Of a stretch of DNA of 64,000 nt, positions 18,327 through 26,654 are shown in pieces. The position numbers and the translations under genes are program-made. The notes under the pieces were generated by a model. It saw only the letters and a program-made list of their open reading frames with translations, was not told the DNA's origin and did no database searches. The stretch's first letter is position 1. Each line of letters starts with the position of its first letter. The stretch comes from Candidatus Ozemobacteraceae bacterium (GTDB lineage Bacteria > Muiribacteriota > Ozemobacteria > Ozemobacterales > Ozemobacteraceae): contig OZ223236.1 of assembly GCA_965140445.1 (NCBI GenBank), positions 448,001-512,000 of the forward strand, given 5' to 3'.

Positions 18327-18857
18327 TTAATTTTCCATTTCCAGATTTTCTACAGTTTCCAGATCTTCAAGAAGTTCAACGTTCTCTAATAATTCTACAT
18401 TTTCGTAGATATCCAAATTCCTGATTATTTCTTCATCTTTTAAGTTCCGGACAACCTCAATTTTAGTGCTATGCGAAATTGGATCACTAATTGTTTTTAT
18501 AGCTGGATTTCTGGTGTAAAAAGCATAACCCAGGCCCAATAAAACCAGGAGTGAAGCAAATGCAGGAACAGCTGGGAATGCCTTTAGCTCAAACAAGGCA
18601 AGGAATCTTGAGAGAAAACCTGGCTGCTCTTTTTCCACAAGCTGAGAGGTTTTAGATATTACATCTGTAGTGAAAGCAGCGGTTGTCTCCGGAACAACAA
18701 ATTCTTCAAGCATTTCCCATGAATCAAGAAGCTCATTTAGCTCATTTTCGCAGCTTTGACAGCTTTGGAAATGCTCTTCAAGCAAGTCTCTGCTCTGACG
18801 ATCCATATCGCCATCAAGATACTCGTTCAATAAACTTTTTGCCTTTTTGCAATCCAT
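18327..18857 (-). CDS. Zinc-binding (zf-HC2) transmembrane anti-sigma factor
   Basis: MDC....LL.EYLDG...HFQSCQSC (HxxxCxxC) plus one TM helix. Confidence 0.9.
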   Translation of the reverse strand: MDCKKAKSLLNEYLDGDMDRQSRDLLEEHFQSCQSCENELNELLDSWEMLEEFVVPETTAAFTTDVISKTSQLVEKEQPGFLSRFLALFELKAFPAVPAFASLLVLLGLGYAFYTRNPAIKTISDPISHSTKIEVVRNLKDEEIIRNLDIYENVELLENVELLEDLETVENLEMEN

Positions 18858-18890
18858 AATTTCCTCAACTTCGCCATTATCCGGAATTTA

Positions 18891-19496
18891 TCAAATGGCC
18901 TCAGTTATATACTCCTTGAGATGGTCTTTAAGCGAAACCCGTCCCCGGAACAGAAGCGACTTCACCGCTTGAATCGAGCAATTCATAATTTCAGCTATCT
19001 CTTCGTAGTTTAGATGATCATATCTTCTCAACAGAATTACCATGCGCTGAGACTCTGGCAGCTTCATTATTGCCTCGCGGACATAATTTGCCCGTTCGTC
19101 ATCAATTACTTTTTCCGAGGGATTTACGCCTTTCAGATCTGGTAAATCATTCAAAACTTCTTTTTCCATGCCTGTTTTAGACTCATTAAGTGACTTGTTA
19201 TTCCCAATCTTTTTTAATGCCTGCAGACAAGTATTTTTGCAGATAACATAAAGCCAGGTAGTAAATCTGGCAGTTACCTTATAGTTTTTACGCGCGAGGT
19301 AGACCTTAACAAAAACATCCTGAGCAATGTCTTCTGCTTCGCTATATCCACCAAGAAACCTGAAAACCAGATTTAAAACTCTTTGTTTATGGCGGTCTAC
19401 AATAAATCGAAAAGCAACTTCGTTGCCCTTCTGAAATTGCAGCATAAGCTCTTCATCTTTAAGGTTTTCAAGCAAACTTGCCAATTTGTTCCCCAT
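18891..19496 (-). CDS. ECF sigma-70 factor (SigW/RpoE-like)
   Basis: Region 2 (AEDIAQDVFVK, FTTWLY.I.KN) and region 4 (LPESQR...L.YEEIAEIM.CS..AVKSLLFRGR). Start ATG 19496; ORF open to 19559. Confidence 0.93.
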   Translation of the reverse strand: MGNKLASLLENLKDEELMLQFQKGNEVAFRFIVDRHKQRVLNLVFRFLGGYSEAEDIAQDVFVKVYLARKNYKVTARFTTWLYVICKNTCLQALKKIGNNKSLNESKTGMEKEVLNDLPDLKGVNPSEKVIDDERANYVREAIMKLPESQRMVILLRRYDHLNYEEIAEIMNCSIQAVKSLLFRGRVSLKDHLKEYITEAI

Positions 19497-19585
19497 TATG
19501 GATCTGTGTTTTGAATAATCTGAATTTTTTTCCAGCTTATCAGGATAAGTTTTACACAATTAACTTTCAATTCATTTAAGCAAAC

Positions 19586-19620
19586 TTGCCAGCTAATACA
19601 ATTTTGCTATTAGCTGGCAA
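19586..19620 (-). terminator. Strong hairpin between the repeat-protein gene and the sigma gene
   Basis: TTGCCAGCTAATA / TATTAGCTGGCAA 13-bp stem with weak U-tract. Confidence 0.55.
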
Positions 19621-19630
19621 ATTCAGTTCG

Positions 19631-20551
19631 TTACTTTTTGGCTTTTGCCCTTTGTGCTTTTGCACCATGCGATCTTACGCCATTGTTGCTTTTTTCTTTG
19701 AATCTGCCATAGGCATTTCCATTTGGTGAATTTGAATCAGTAGTTTGATCTTTTCCTTGTCTAAACTGTCTGCGATGTCGAAAACCACTTTGGTCAGCGG
19801 ACTGACTTCCTGAATCTTCACCCTGGTTGCCTCTTTGTCGGAAGTTGCGGAAGCGGCCACGAAAACCTGTCTGGTCGCCAGATTGATTTACCGAATCTTC
19901 ACCCTGGTTGCCTTTTTGTCGGAAGTTGCGAAATCGACCACGAAAACCTGCCTGGTCGCCAGATTGATTTACCGAATCTTCACCCTGGTTGCCTTTTTGT
20001 CGGAAGTTGCGGAAGCGGCCACGAAAACCTGTCTGGTCGCCAGATTGATTTACCGAATCTTCACCCTGGTTGCCTTTTTGTCGGAAGTTGCGAAATCGAC
20101 CACGAAAACCTGTCTGGTCGCCAGATTGGCTTTTCCAATTGTTGTTTTTAAATTTATCTTTACCAACTCCAGGGCCACCTCTGAGTCCGGGAGGGTTTTC
20201 CCAGTTAGTGCCAGGTCCACCGCGACGGCCAGGAGGGTTGTTATCATTATCAAATCTTTTTTTATTGTGCTGTCCCTGGTTTACGTCATTGGTTTTATTT
20301 TCTTTTCGTTCCTGTCTTCTTTCCTGGAATTTTTCTTTTATCTCTTCGCGCTTTTGCTTCCAATCTTCTTTTTTCTGTTTCCAGGCTTCTTTTTTATCGT
20401 TATTTCCATTGCCGTTTTCATCAGTAACAGAGCTTTCGTCCGCGAAAAGCATTCCTAATGTTCCAAACACCATCAAAACGAGAACTAAGAACCTTTCACT
20501 AATTTTTGCCATTCGATCTTTATTGGGCTTTTCAATTTTTGAGATTCGCAT
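19631..20551 (-). CDS. Secreted low-complexity protein with NPPG..GGPG motif and 27-aa repeats
   Basis: GGAGG RBS; signal peptide; NPPGRRGGPGTNWENPPGLRGGPG; four SGDQTGFRGRFRNFRQKGNQGEDSVNQ-type units. Confidence 0.8.
   Translation of the reverse strand: MRISKIEKPNKDRMAKISERFLVLVLMVFGTLGMLFADESSVTDENGNGNNDKKEAWKQKKEDWKQKREEIKEKFQERRQERKENKTNDVNQGQHNKKRFDNDNNPPGRRGGPGTNWENPPGLRGGPGVGKDKFKNNNWKSQSGDQTGFRGRFRNFRQKGNQGEDSVNQSGDQTGFRGRFRNFRQKGNQGEDSVNQSGDQAGFRGRFRNFRQKGNQGEDSVNQSGDQTGFRGRFRNFRQRGNQGEDSGSQSADQSGFRHRRQFRQGKDQTTDSNSPNGNAYGRFKEKSNNGVRSHGAKAQRAKAKK
19780..20130 (-). repeat. Intragenic 81-bp tandem repeat, 4 copies plus a partial
   Basis: GAAAACCTG recurs at 19861, 19942, 20023 and 20104. 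Confidence 0.95.
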
Positions 20552-20588
20552 TTGATTTCCTCCGTTTTGTTTTAGTGCACTTAATAAG

Positions 20589-20617
20589 TTAAATTCGCTT
20601 TTTGGAAAAAAGTTGCG
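20589..20617 (-). promoter_or_regulatory. Putative autoregulatory ECF promoter CGCAAC-N17-ATTTAA
   Basis: AAC-containing -35 is typical of ECF promoters; lies upstream of the first gene of the ECF cluster; twin site at 1086-1114. Confidence 0.55.
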
Positions 20618-20648
20618 GTTTTTTTTTCTTAGAACTGAAAGTTCTAAG

Positions 20649-20810
20649 AAAAAAAAAGACCGGGCTCATAAAAATGACCCGGACTGAAAAATAAGGAGGC
20701 AAACAAATCCATAAACAGTTTCGACCGAAGATGATCTTTTGTTAACCTTTATTTTTCGGCCTTTAAGAGACAATTACAAACAAACATAAACAAGCAAAAG
20801 TACCCTTAAT
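20649..20810 (-). ncRNA. Putative structured sRNA, copy 3 of 3
   Basis: 20660-20757 nearly identical to copies 1 and 2; GTACGTAC at 20816-20823; extra perfect hairpin at 20619-20657 downstream. Confidence 0.6.
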
Positions 20811-20850
20811 CACCTGTACGTACAAATGGACTAAAACTTTTTTTCCAAAT

Positions 20851-20889
20851 AAAAAACCCCCGCTGACCAATCATTGTCAGAGGGGGTTT
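20851..20889 (-). terminator. Intrinsic terminator of the ABC operon
   Basis: AAACCCCC..TGAC / GTCAG.GGGGGTTT stem followed by a T-tract on the minus strand. Confidence 0.75.
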
Positions 20890-20909
20890 AATTCTTTAAA
20901 GACTAATGC

Positions 20910-22154
20910 TTAATGAAAGTTAATTACCTGTTCTTCAACCTTTCTGGCTGCATTGCTCAGAGCTTCTTTTGCTGTTTTCTGACCGGTCAAAACAGTTTCA
21001 ACTTCTGGATTAACTATATCTTCCAGGAGTCCGTAACTTGAAACAACCGGATTGGTCTTAGCAAACTTCATCTGTTCCATGAAAGTTTTCAAATGTTCGT
21101 CTTCAAACTTAACCAGATCATATGCTCCAATATTGATTGGAAGCTGATTAAGCTCTGAACACCATCTGGCTTGATTTTTTGCATTGGTAAAGAAAGTCAG
21201 GAAATCGTAGCATTCTTTTGCATACTTAGAATGCTTAAAAATAACTGTATCGGTTCCACCTACATTTGTAGAAGAACCTGCTGGTCCAGCAGGAATCAAG
21301 CCAACACCGAAATCCAAATTTGCATTCTTAAACTTGGCAAGGTTCCATGGGCCCATGAATATCATGGCGTAGTTTCCATTTACAAAGCCTGATTCAGGAT
21401 CAGTTCCACCCGGTCTCCAGGCTCCTGCTTCAATTTTGTGAACATTTACAAGACTGGACATAAATTCTAAGGCGGCAATAGCTTCTGGTGAATCCAGCAC
21501 ACACTTTTTACCATCCGCAGAAACAATTCTGGCTCCAAAAGTATTGAAGAAAGGAAGGTTTCTCCATAACGTGTTCTGCATAGCAAATGCAAATTTACCA
21601 GCATCAGGGTTAGTAAGCTTTTTTCCCACTTCTACAAATTCTTCCCATGTAGCTGGCACCTTGGGCTCAATTCCAGCTTCTCTGAAAAACTTTTTATTGT
21701 AAAACATGGCTACACAAGTGGTTTGATCTGGAATTCCATAATATTTTCCACCGATAAAGCCTGTTTCAAGGGGCGCTTTCAAATACTGGTCCCGGATTTT
21801 GGAAAATCCAAAATTTTCCAGATCTATAACAGCATTTTTCATTGCCAATTCACAAACAAAAGACCAGTCTACACGAGCAATATCAGGTCCCTGGCCTACT
21901 GTGAGGGCTGTTCTTAACTTAGATTTGTGGCCATCGAATGGAAGACGCACTGGGCGAATCGTAAAACTCGCGTTTTTAGCTTCCCATTGCTGAATTATGT
22001 CTTTAAGAACTTTTTCTTCCAGATCGCTATAGGTATGCCAGAAAGAAATGATAGTGCGGCCATCGGGAGAGGTGCTGATAGAATCATCCCAGCAGACAAA
22101 AACTAACGCAAAGTAAGCAATAATAAAGGTAATTAGTATTTTATTTTCTTTCAT
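20910..22154 (-). CDS. Carbohydrate ABC transporter substrate-binding protein
   Basis: ISFWH, GQGPDI, YYGIP...MFYNK..F..AG...P.TWEE, F.NG..AM...GPW. Confidence 0.9.
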   Translation of the reverse strand: MKENKILITFIIAYFALVFVCWDDSISTSPDGRTIISFWHTYSDLEEKVLKDIIQQWEAKNASFTIRPVRLPFDGHKSKLRTALTVGQGPDIARVDWSFVCELAMKNAVIDLENFGFSKIRDQYLKAPLETGFIGGKYYGIPDQTTCVAMFYNKKFFREAGIEPKVPATWEEFVEVGKKLTNPDAGKFAFAMQNTLWRNLPFFNTFGARIVSADGKKCVLDSPEAIAALEFMSSLVNVHKIEAGAWRPGGTDPESGFVNGNYAMIFMGPWNLAKFKNANLDFGVGLIPAGPAGSSTNVGGTDTVIFKHSKYAKECYDFLTFFTNAKNQARWCSELNQLPINIGAYDLVKFEDEHLKTFMEQMKFAKTNPVVSSYGLLEDIVNPEVETVLTGQKTAKEALSNAARKVEEQVINFH

Positions 22155-22164
22155 TTTATTGCCC

Positions 22165-23403
22165 CTATTCCTTTACCGCGCCTTGAGTCATGCCTTCAAT
22201 GAAGTATCGCTGAGCAAACAGGAATAGAACAGCAATTGGAACAATTGAGAAACATGAGGCGGACATTATCAGGCCGAGTTCAGAACTATACTGCCCTTTG
22301 AACAACGACAATCCGACAGGAAGGGTTATGCTTAGCGGGTTTTCAAAATTGGTAACAATCAACTGCCAAAGGAAGTTTGACCAATGAAAGAGGAATGTCA
22401 GCAAAAATAGAGTCAGAATGATTGGGAATGCCAAAGGCACAATAACCACTCTGAAAACCTGCCATTCAGAAGCGCCATCAATTTGAGCAGCTTCTAGCAG
22501 CGAATTGGGAATGGTATCCATAAACTGTTTAAGCAGGAAAATCCCGAAAACAGAGGCCAGATGCGGTAAAAACATGGCCCACTTAGTCCCGAACAGCCCC
22601 ATCTGACAGATCATAAAGAACTGTGGAACCATGAACATCATTCCAGGAATCATCATAGTCGCTAACAGCAGCATAAACACCTGCTGCTTATATGGAAACT
22701 CTTTTTTGGAGAATGCGTAAGCTCCCATAGATGCAAACAGCGTTACCAGAAAGGCGGCTGTTGTTGCAATCAGAAGACTGTTCATGAAATATGTGGCAAA
22801 GTTCTTTTTCTGGTCAATTGGATCTTCAGAAGCAAGCTTTTTTGATTCTGGGTCCATCTTGAGAACTTTCTGGAAGTTCACCAGAGTTGGTTGAGTAGGA
22901 ACGATATCAAATGGATTGCTTCTATTGATTATTAATTCCTGCCCAGAAGGCTTAAACGAAGTGCAAAGCATCCAGAAGAATGGAAACAGCACTACAACTA
23001 CGCCTACTACCAGGGCTTCATATAGAAACATCTTTTTAAGAAATGTTGATCTCTGATTAGGTTTAGTTTTTATATAACTCTGAACCGAGAAAATGGTTAA
23101 AGCTATGGTGAGAATAATCGCCAGCCCATTGTATACGGGAATAAGCTTTCTCATCATCTTTTCAGCCGCTACAGGTTCTTTAACTCCCAGGCCTTTTAAA
23201 TTCTCGGGACTCTGGCCGGCAACCTTATCTGCTTCAGCAGGAGGGCAGCATGGTGAAGCTTCGTTTTTTACTTCCGAAGTGGCAAAAGCGGTTAGAACCA
23301 TGGAACTGAATTTGAATAACTGACTTGAAACTACAAATGAAACAGAGATCAAACCAGCGATAAGTACCATAAAAATTATTACTCTAAATGGGTTCATTTT
23401 CAT
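22165..23403 (-). CDS. Carbohydrate ABC permease (MalG-like) with N-terminal extension
   Basis: EAA motif IPNSLLEAAQIDGA; PFFWM..TSFK; QRYFIEGMT.GAVK. Confidence 0.9.
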   Translation of the reverse strand: MKMNPFRVIIFMVLIAGLISVSFVVSSQLFKFSSMVLTAFATSEVKNEASPCCPPAEADKVAGQSPENLKGLGVKEPVAAEKMMRKLIPVYNGLAIILTIALTIFSVQSYIKTKPNQRSTFLKKMFLYEALVVGVVVVLFPFFWMLCTSFKPSGQELIINRSNPFDIVPTQPTLVNFQKVLKMDPESKKLASEDPIDQKKNFATYFMNSLLIATTAAFLVTLFASMGAYAFSKKEFPYKQQVFMLLLATMMIPGMMFMVPQFFMICQMGLFGTKWAMFLPHLASVFGIFLLKQFMDTIPNSLLEAAQIDGASEWQVFRVVIVPLAFPIILTLFLLTFLFHWSNFLWQLIVTNFENPLSITLPVGLSLFKGQYSSELGLIMSASCFSIVPIAVLFLFAQRYFIEGMTQGAVKE

Positions 23404-23414
23404 GATTTAATCTC

Positions 23415-24332
23415 CTATGCTTCTTTCTTGGCTGTGATGCGTTGCTGAATAAAGGTAATTCCAAGGGTTATGATCAGAAGCATGTATGAAATTGCTGCGG
23501 CGTAGCCGTAATGACCAGCATCAAACTGCTTAAACAGATAGTAACCAGCTACAGATGTAGAACCGACGGTCTCTCCGCCGACAACAACCTGTGGGCCACC
23601 AGAGGTCATGGCATAAATCTCTGTGAAGGCATTTAAAGCGCCGATTACCCCAGTAATCATCATGAAGACAATAATGGGTTTCAGCAAAGGAACTGTAATG
23701 TGCTTAAATTTCTGCCATTCAGTTGCTCCGTCAATATCAGCTGCTTCATAAACAGCGCCAGGGATATTCTGGAGAGCTGCAAGGAACAATACCATTCCAA
23801 AACCAGCCCCCTTTAAAACCATTGCTAACACAACGGCAGGAAGTGCTGTCCATGGGCTTCCCAATAAACCTGTTGTATTAAAAAAGTTGTCTTTACTAAG
23901 AAAAAATGCAGAGATTTGAGCTAAGGCCCCAAATTTTGGAGCATATATCAGTGTCCAGATAACGCCGACCACCAGCATATCCAAAACATTTGGCAGGAAA
24001 AACGCACTTCTAAAAAAGCCTTTCCCAAAAAGCTTGTTATCCAGCAATAAAGCCAGAACAAGAGCTGAAATGATTCCAAGTGGGATGCTTATTCCACCAT
24101 AAATAGCAGTTACACCAAGTGACCACCAAAACTGAAAATCAGTAAAAATCTTCTTATAGTTTGCCAGACCTACAAACTTTAGATTTCCAAGACTGTAGTC
24201 GGTTGGCGAGCCAAAAAAGCTCAAATAAAAGGAGTAAAAAATGGGGAATATCAGGAAAACCCCAAACAGAATCATGAACGGCGACAGAAATGTAGCAGAA
24301 ACTGCCGTTTCTCTATTAGTTTTTAAAGCCAA
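23415..24332 (-). CDS. Carbohydrate ABC permease (MalF-like)
   Basis: FVGLANY, YEAADIDGA..WQKF.HIT.PLL.P, GYAAA. Confidence 0.9.
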   Translation of the reverse strand: MALKTNRETAVSATFLSPFMILFGVFLIFPIFYSFYLSFFGSPTDYSLGNLKFVGLANYKKIFTDFQFWWSLGVTAIYGGISIPLGIISALVLALLLDNKLFGKGFFRSAFFLPNVLDMLVVGVIWTLIYAPKFGALAQISAFFLSKDNFFNTTGLLGSPWTALPAVVLAMVLKGAGFGMVLFLAALQNIPGAVYEAADIDGATEWQKFKHITVPLLKPIIVFMMITGVIGALNAFTEIYAMTSGGPQVVVGGETVGSTSVAGYYLFKQFDAGHYGYAAAISYMLLIITLGITFIQQRITAKKEA

Positions 24333-24354
24333 AATATAGCCCTCCCCAATTTTC

Positions 24355-24831
24355 TCAAGGCAATTCTATCACAAAGCAACTAAATTCCAATTGATTCAAT
24401 TTTTCAGAAACAACTTCAGCCTCATTTTCTGATGCAAATGGCCCAACAGAGATTCGGTAAATCTCGTATTGATCATCTGGTTCGGATAATGTGGCTTTAT
24501 AGCCAGCTGCAGTTATCTTTGCAAAGGTTTCTCTTGCCGATTCTTCTTCGGCAAAAGCTCCCAATTGAACAACAAAGTTTCCTTTACGATTCTCCACAGC
24601 CTCTACAGGCGCAGCTTCAACCTTTTCATTACTTAGCTCTGTCTTGCTCAGAACACTGGAAATAGTTCGCGGATCTTTACCATTTATATCCAATAAGAAC
24701 CAAACTCCGCCGCCAAGCAAGGCAAGAATTATAAAGTAAACCAACCATTCTTTAAACCCTTCGGCCGCATTGCTGGAGGGTGGCCCCCAGTCAAACTGCC
24801 TGGAAGAATTGTTGTCGTTGGTATCATTCAT
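24355..24831 (-). CDS. SPOR-domain membrane protein
   Basis: TM helix plus FVVQLGAF....A and YRISVGPF.S..EA. Confidence 0.85.
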   Translation of the reverse strand: MNDTNDNNSSRQFDWGPPSSNAAEGFKEWLVYFIILALLGGGVWFLLDINGKDPRTISSVLSKTELSNEKVEAAPVEAVENRKGNFVVQLGAFAEEESARETFAKITAAGYKATLSEPDDQYEIYRISVGPFASENEAEVVSEKLNQLEFSCFVIELP

Positions 24832-24854
24832 TATTTATTCTCCAGCTCCAAGTC

Positions 24855-25832
24855 CTAGTTTAAAAATGGAAGTTTCATTCCACAATCACAAATTTCAGAA
24901 GAAAACAAAATTTCGGTATTATAACCATTTCTCGCCACCCATTTCTTTTTACAAACAGGGCAATCCGTATCCGAGTTTCCAGGAACATTTCCAAGATATA
25001 CAAAATTTAATTTTGCTCTGGCAATAGCAGCAAATTCATTTAATAAACCCAAATCAGTGGGTGGGGAATTTTCCAGATATCTCGGGAAATATCTGGAAAT
25101 GTGCAAAGGAATGTCTGGAGAAATGCTGGCAATATAATCCACCATAGCTTCAAACTCTTCGGCTTTATCGTTCAAGCCGGTTACAACAAGATTCGTCAAT
25201 TCAATCTTTACTCCAGACGAAAATGCAGTTTCAATGTTCTGCTTGATTGTTTGCAAATTTCCGCCACAGACATTTTTATAAAAATCTTCGTTAAATCCTT
25301 TTAAATCGATGTTCATAGCATCCACAAATTTGCATAGCTCAGCAAATGGTTCGGCGCAAAGATAAGCATTGGTAACCATTATGGTTAAAAGATCTCTTTC
25401 TTTAAGAAGTTTTGAAGTGTCTTTAATATACTCGAACCATATTCCAGGCTCATTATAAGTGAAAGCAACACCAATGTTATTTTCAATGCCTGCAGCATAT
25501 GCAGCCAGCTCTTGAGGAGACATTTCTTTAGTTGGTTGTTCAAATTGTGAAATATCTGAATTTTGACAAAACCGGCAACTTAAATTGCAGCCATATGAGC
25601 CAACAGAAAAAACTGGCTTTCCAGGCATTATGTGATACAGAGGTTTCTTTTCGATGGGATCTACTCCACCCGCAACGATCTGGCCGTAAGTGTGTAAATG
25701 CATTTTACCGTTTCTACGTCCTCTGCTAAGACACTTACCATCAAAATCGTTTTTTATGGAGCATAAATTTGGGCAGAGAAAACATTGAGTCTCTAACTCG
25801 CCATCATTGCAATATTCAGCTTCTCTCATCAT
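24855..25832 (-). CDS. amrS: AmmeMemoRadiSam system radical SAM enzyme
   Basis: QCFLCPNLC, DPIEKKPLYH, GCNLSCRFCQNSDISQ, AFTYNEP, PLHISRYFP.Y. Confidence 0.9.
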   Translation of the reverse strand: MMREAEYCNDGELETQCFLCPNLCSIKNDFDGKCLSRGRRNGKMHLHTYGQIVAGGVDPIEKKPLYHIMPGKPVFSVGSYGCNLSCRFCQNSDISQFEQPTKEMSPQELAAYAAGIENNIGVAFTYNEPGIWFEYIKDTSKLLKERDLLTIMVTNAYLCAEPFAELCKFVDAMNIDLKGFNEDFYKNVCGGNLQTIKQNIETAFSSGVKIELTNLVVTGLNDKAEEFEAMVDYIASISPDIPLHISRYFPRYLENSPPTDLGLLNEFAAIARAKLNFVYLGNVPGNSDTDCPVCKKKWVARNGYNTEILFSSEICDCGMKLPFLN

Positions 25833-25895
25833 GCTTTAAAATATCATTATATGCAGATTTCAGTCAACTTAAACAGACTGAAAACCTAGAAAAAT

Positions 25896-26129
25896 TCAAG
25901 TGTTAGCCTTAGTTCCTGAAGCCGTAAATCCTTTAGCTACCATTTTGAAATGATCTCCTTTATCAATGGCAACTTCTACGCCACATTTGCATAGGACTTT
26001 GTCTCCCGAAGTTTCGAGACAAAATATTTTTCCAATCCTCGATTTATGGCAAACCAAAACCTGACCTTTGCCAATCTTTTCGTACTTAAAAAGTTTGGAT
26101 TTACATCCAGCACATTTAATTAAAAGCAT
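25896..26129 (-). CDS. Small Cys-rich (Zn-ribbon-like) hypothetical protein
   Basis: IKCAGCKSKLFKYEKIG.G....CH, LCKCG. Confidence 0.7.
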   Translation of the reverse strand: MLLIKCAGCKSKLFKYEKIGKGQVLVCHKSRIGKIFCLETSGDKVLCKCGVEVAIDKGDHFKMVAKGFTASGTKANT

Positions 26130-26146
26130 CTTAATCATTCCTATAC

Positions 26147-26181
26147 AAAAGAAGCACATGAGATGTTCTCATGTGCTTCTT
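26147..26181 (-). terminator. Intrinsic terminator
   Basis: AAGAAGCACATGAGA / TCTCATGTGCTTCTT perfect stem. Confidence 0.75.
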
Positions 26182-26199
26182 ACTATATAACGTTTTTAA

Positions 26200-26649
26200 T
26201 TAAATTTCAGAACGAACTAAAGTCTTTTTAAAAACAATTTCATCATTCTTTTTTGTTGAAAGCGCCAGTTTTCCTTCTTTTTCCTTATACCAGCCAAGAG
26301 ATGACTCAAGATTGTATTCCTTTCCTGAAACATTTTTTAAAACAGATTCTGGAATGCATGCAATCATACCGGTTTGGCCTTTTTCAGGTATTTTTTCTTT
26401 TTTTACGTCAACTTGAAAAGGCACATCAGCATTGATAAGCGCGGCAAAATGGTAAACACCCGAAATCTTACTTCCACCAGAATTTTTGGCAAAAATCTCA
26501 ATATTTCCATTTTTATATACAGCGTCTGTTATATCCAACTTTGGCGAAGAATCACTCCAACAGCCCGATAAAAATATAAACAGCATGATCGAATGAGTAA
26601 CACACCAAACCGAGAAAACTCTTTTCAGGATTTTTTTAAGCCTTTCCAT
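26200..26649 (-). CDS. Hypothetical lipoprotein
   Basis: Lipobox-like FLSGC; directly downstream of another lipoprotein gene. Confidence 0.6.
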   Translation of the reverse strand: MERLKKILKRVFSVWCVTHSIMLFIFLSGCWSDSSPKLDITDAVYKNGNIEIFAKNSGGSKISGVYHFAALINADVPFQVDVKKEKIPEKGQTGMIACIPESVLKNVSGKEYNLESSLGWYKEKEGKLALSTKKNDEIVFKKTLVRSEI

Positions 26650-26654
26650 ACCGC

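Noticed and set aside
19835..20555. Long antisense ORFs over the repeat protein and other genes
   Set aside because: Shadows of stop-poor repeats or codon bias; the opposite strand carries the RBS and recognisable proteins.
20910..24332. ABC operon lacking an ATPase as a novelty
   Set aside because: Carbohydrate ABC systems commonly share a distal MsmX/MsiK-type ATPase.
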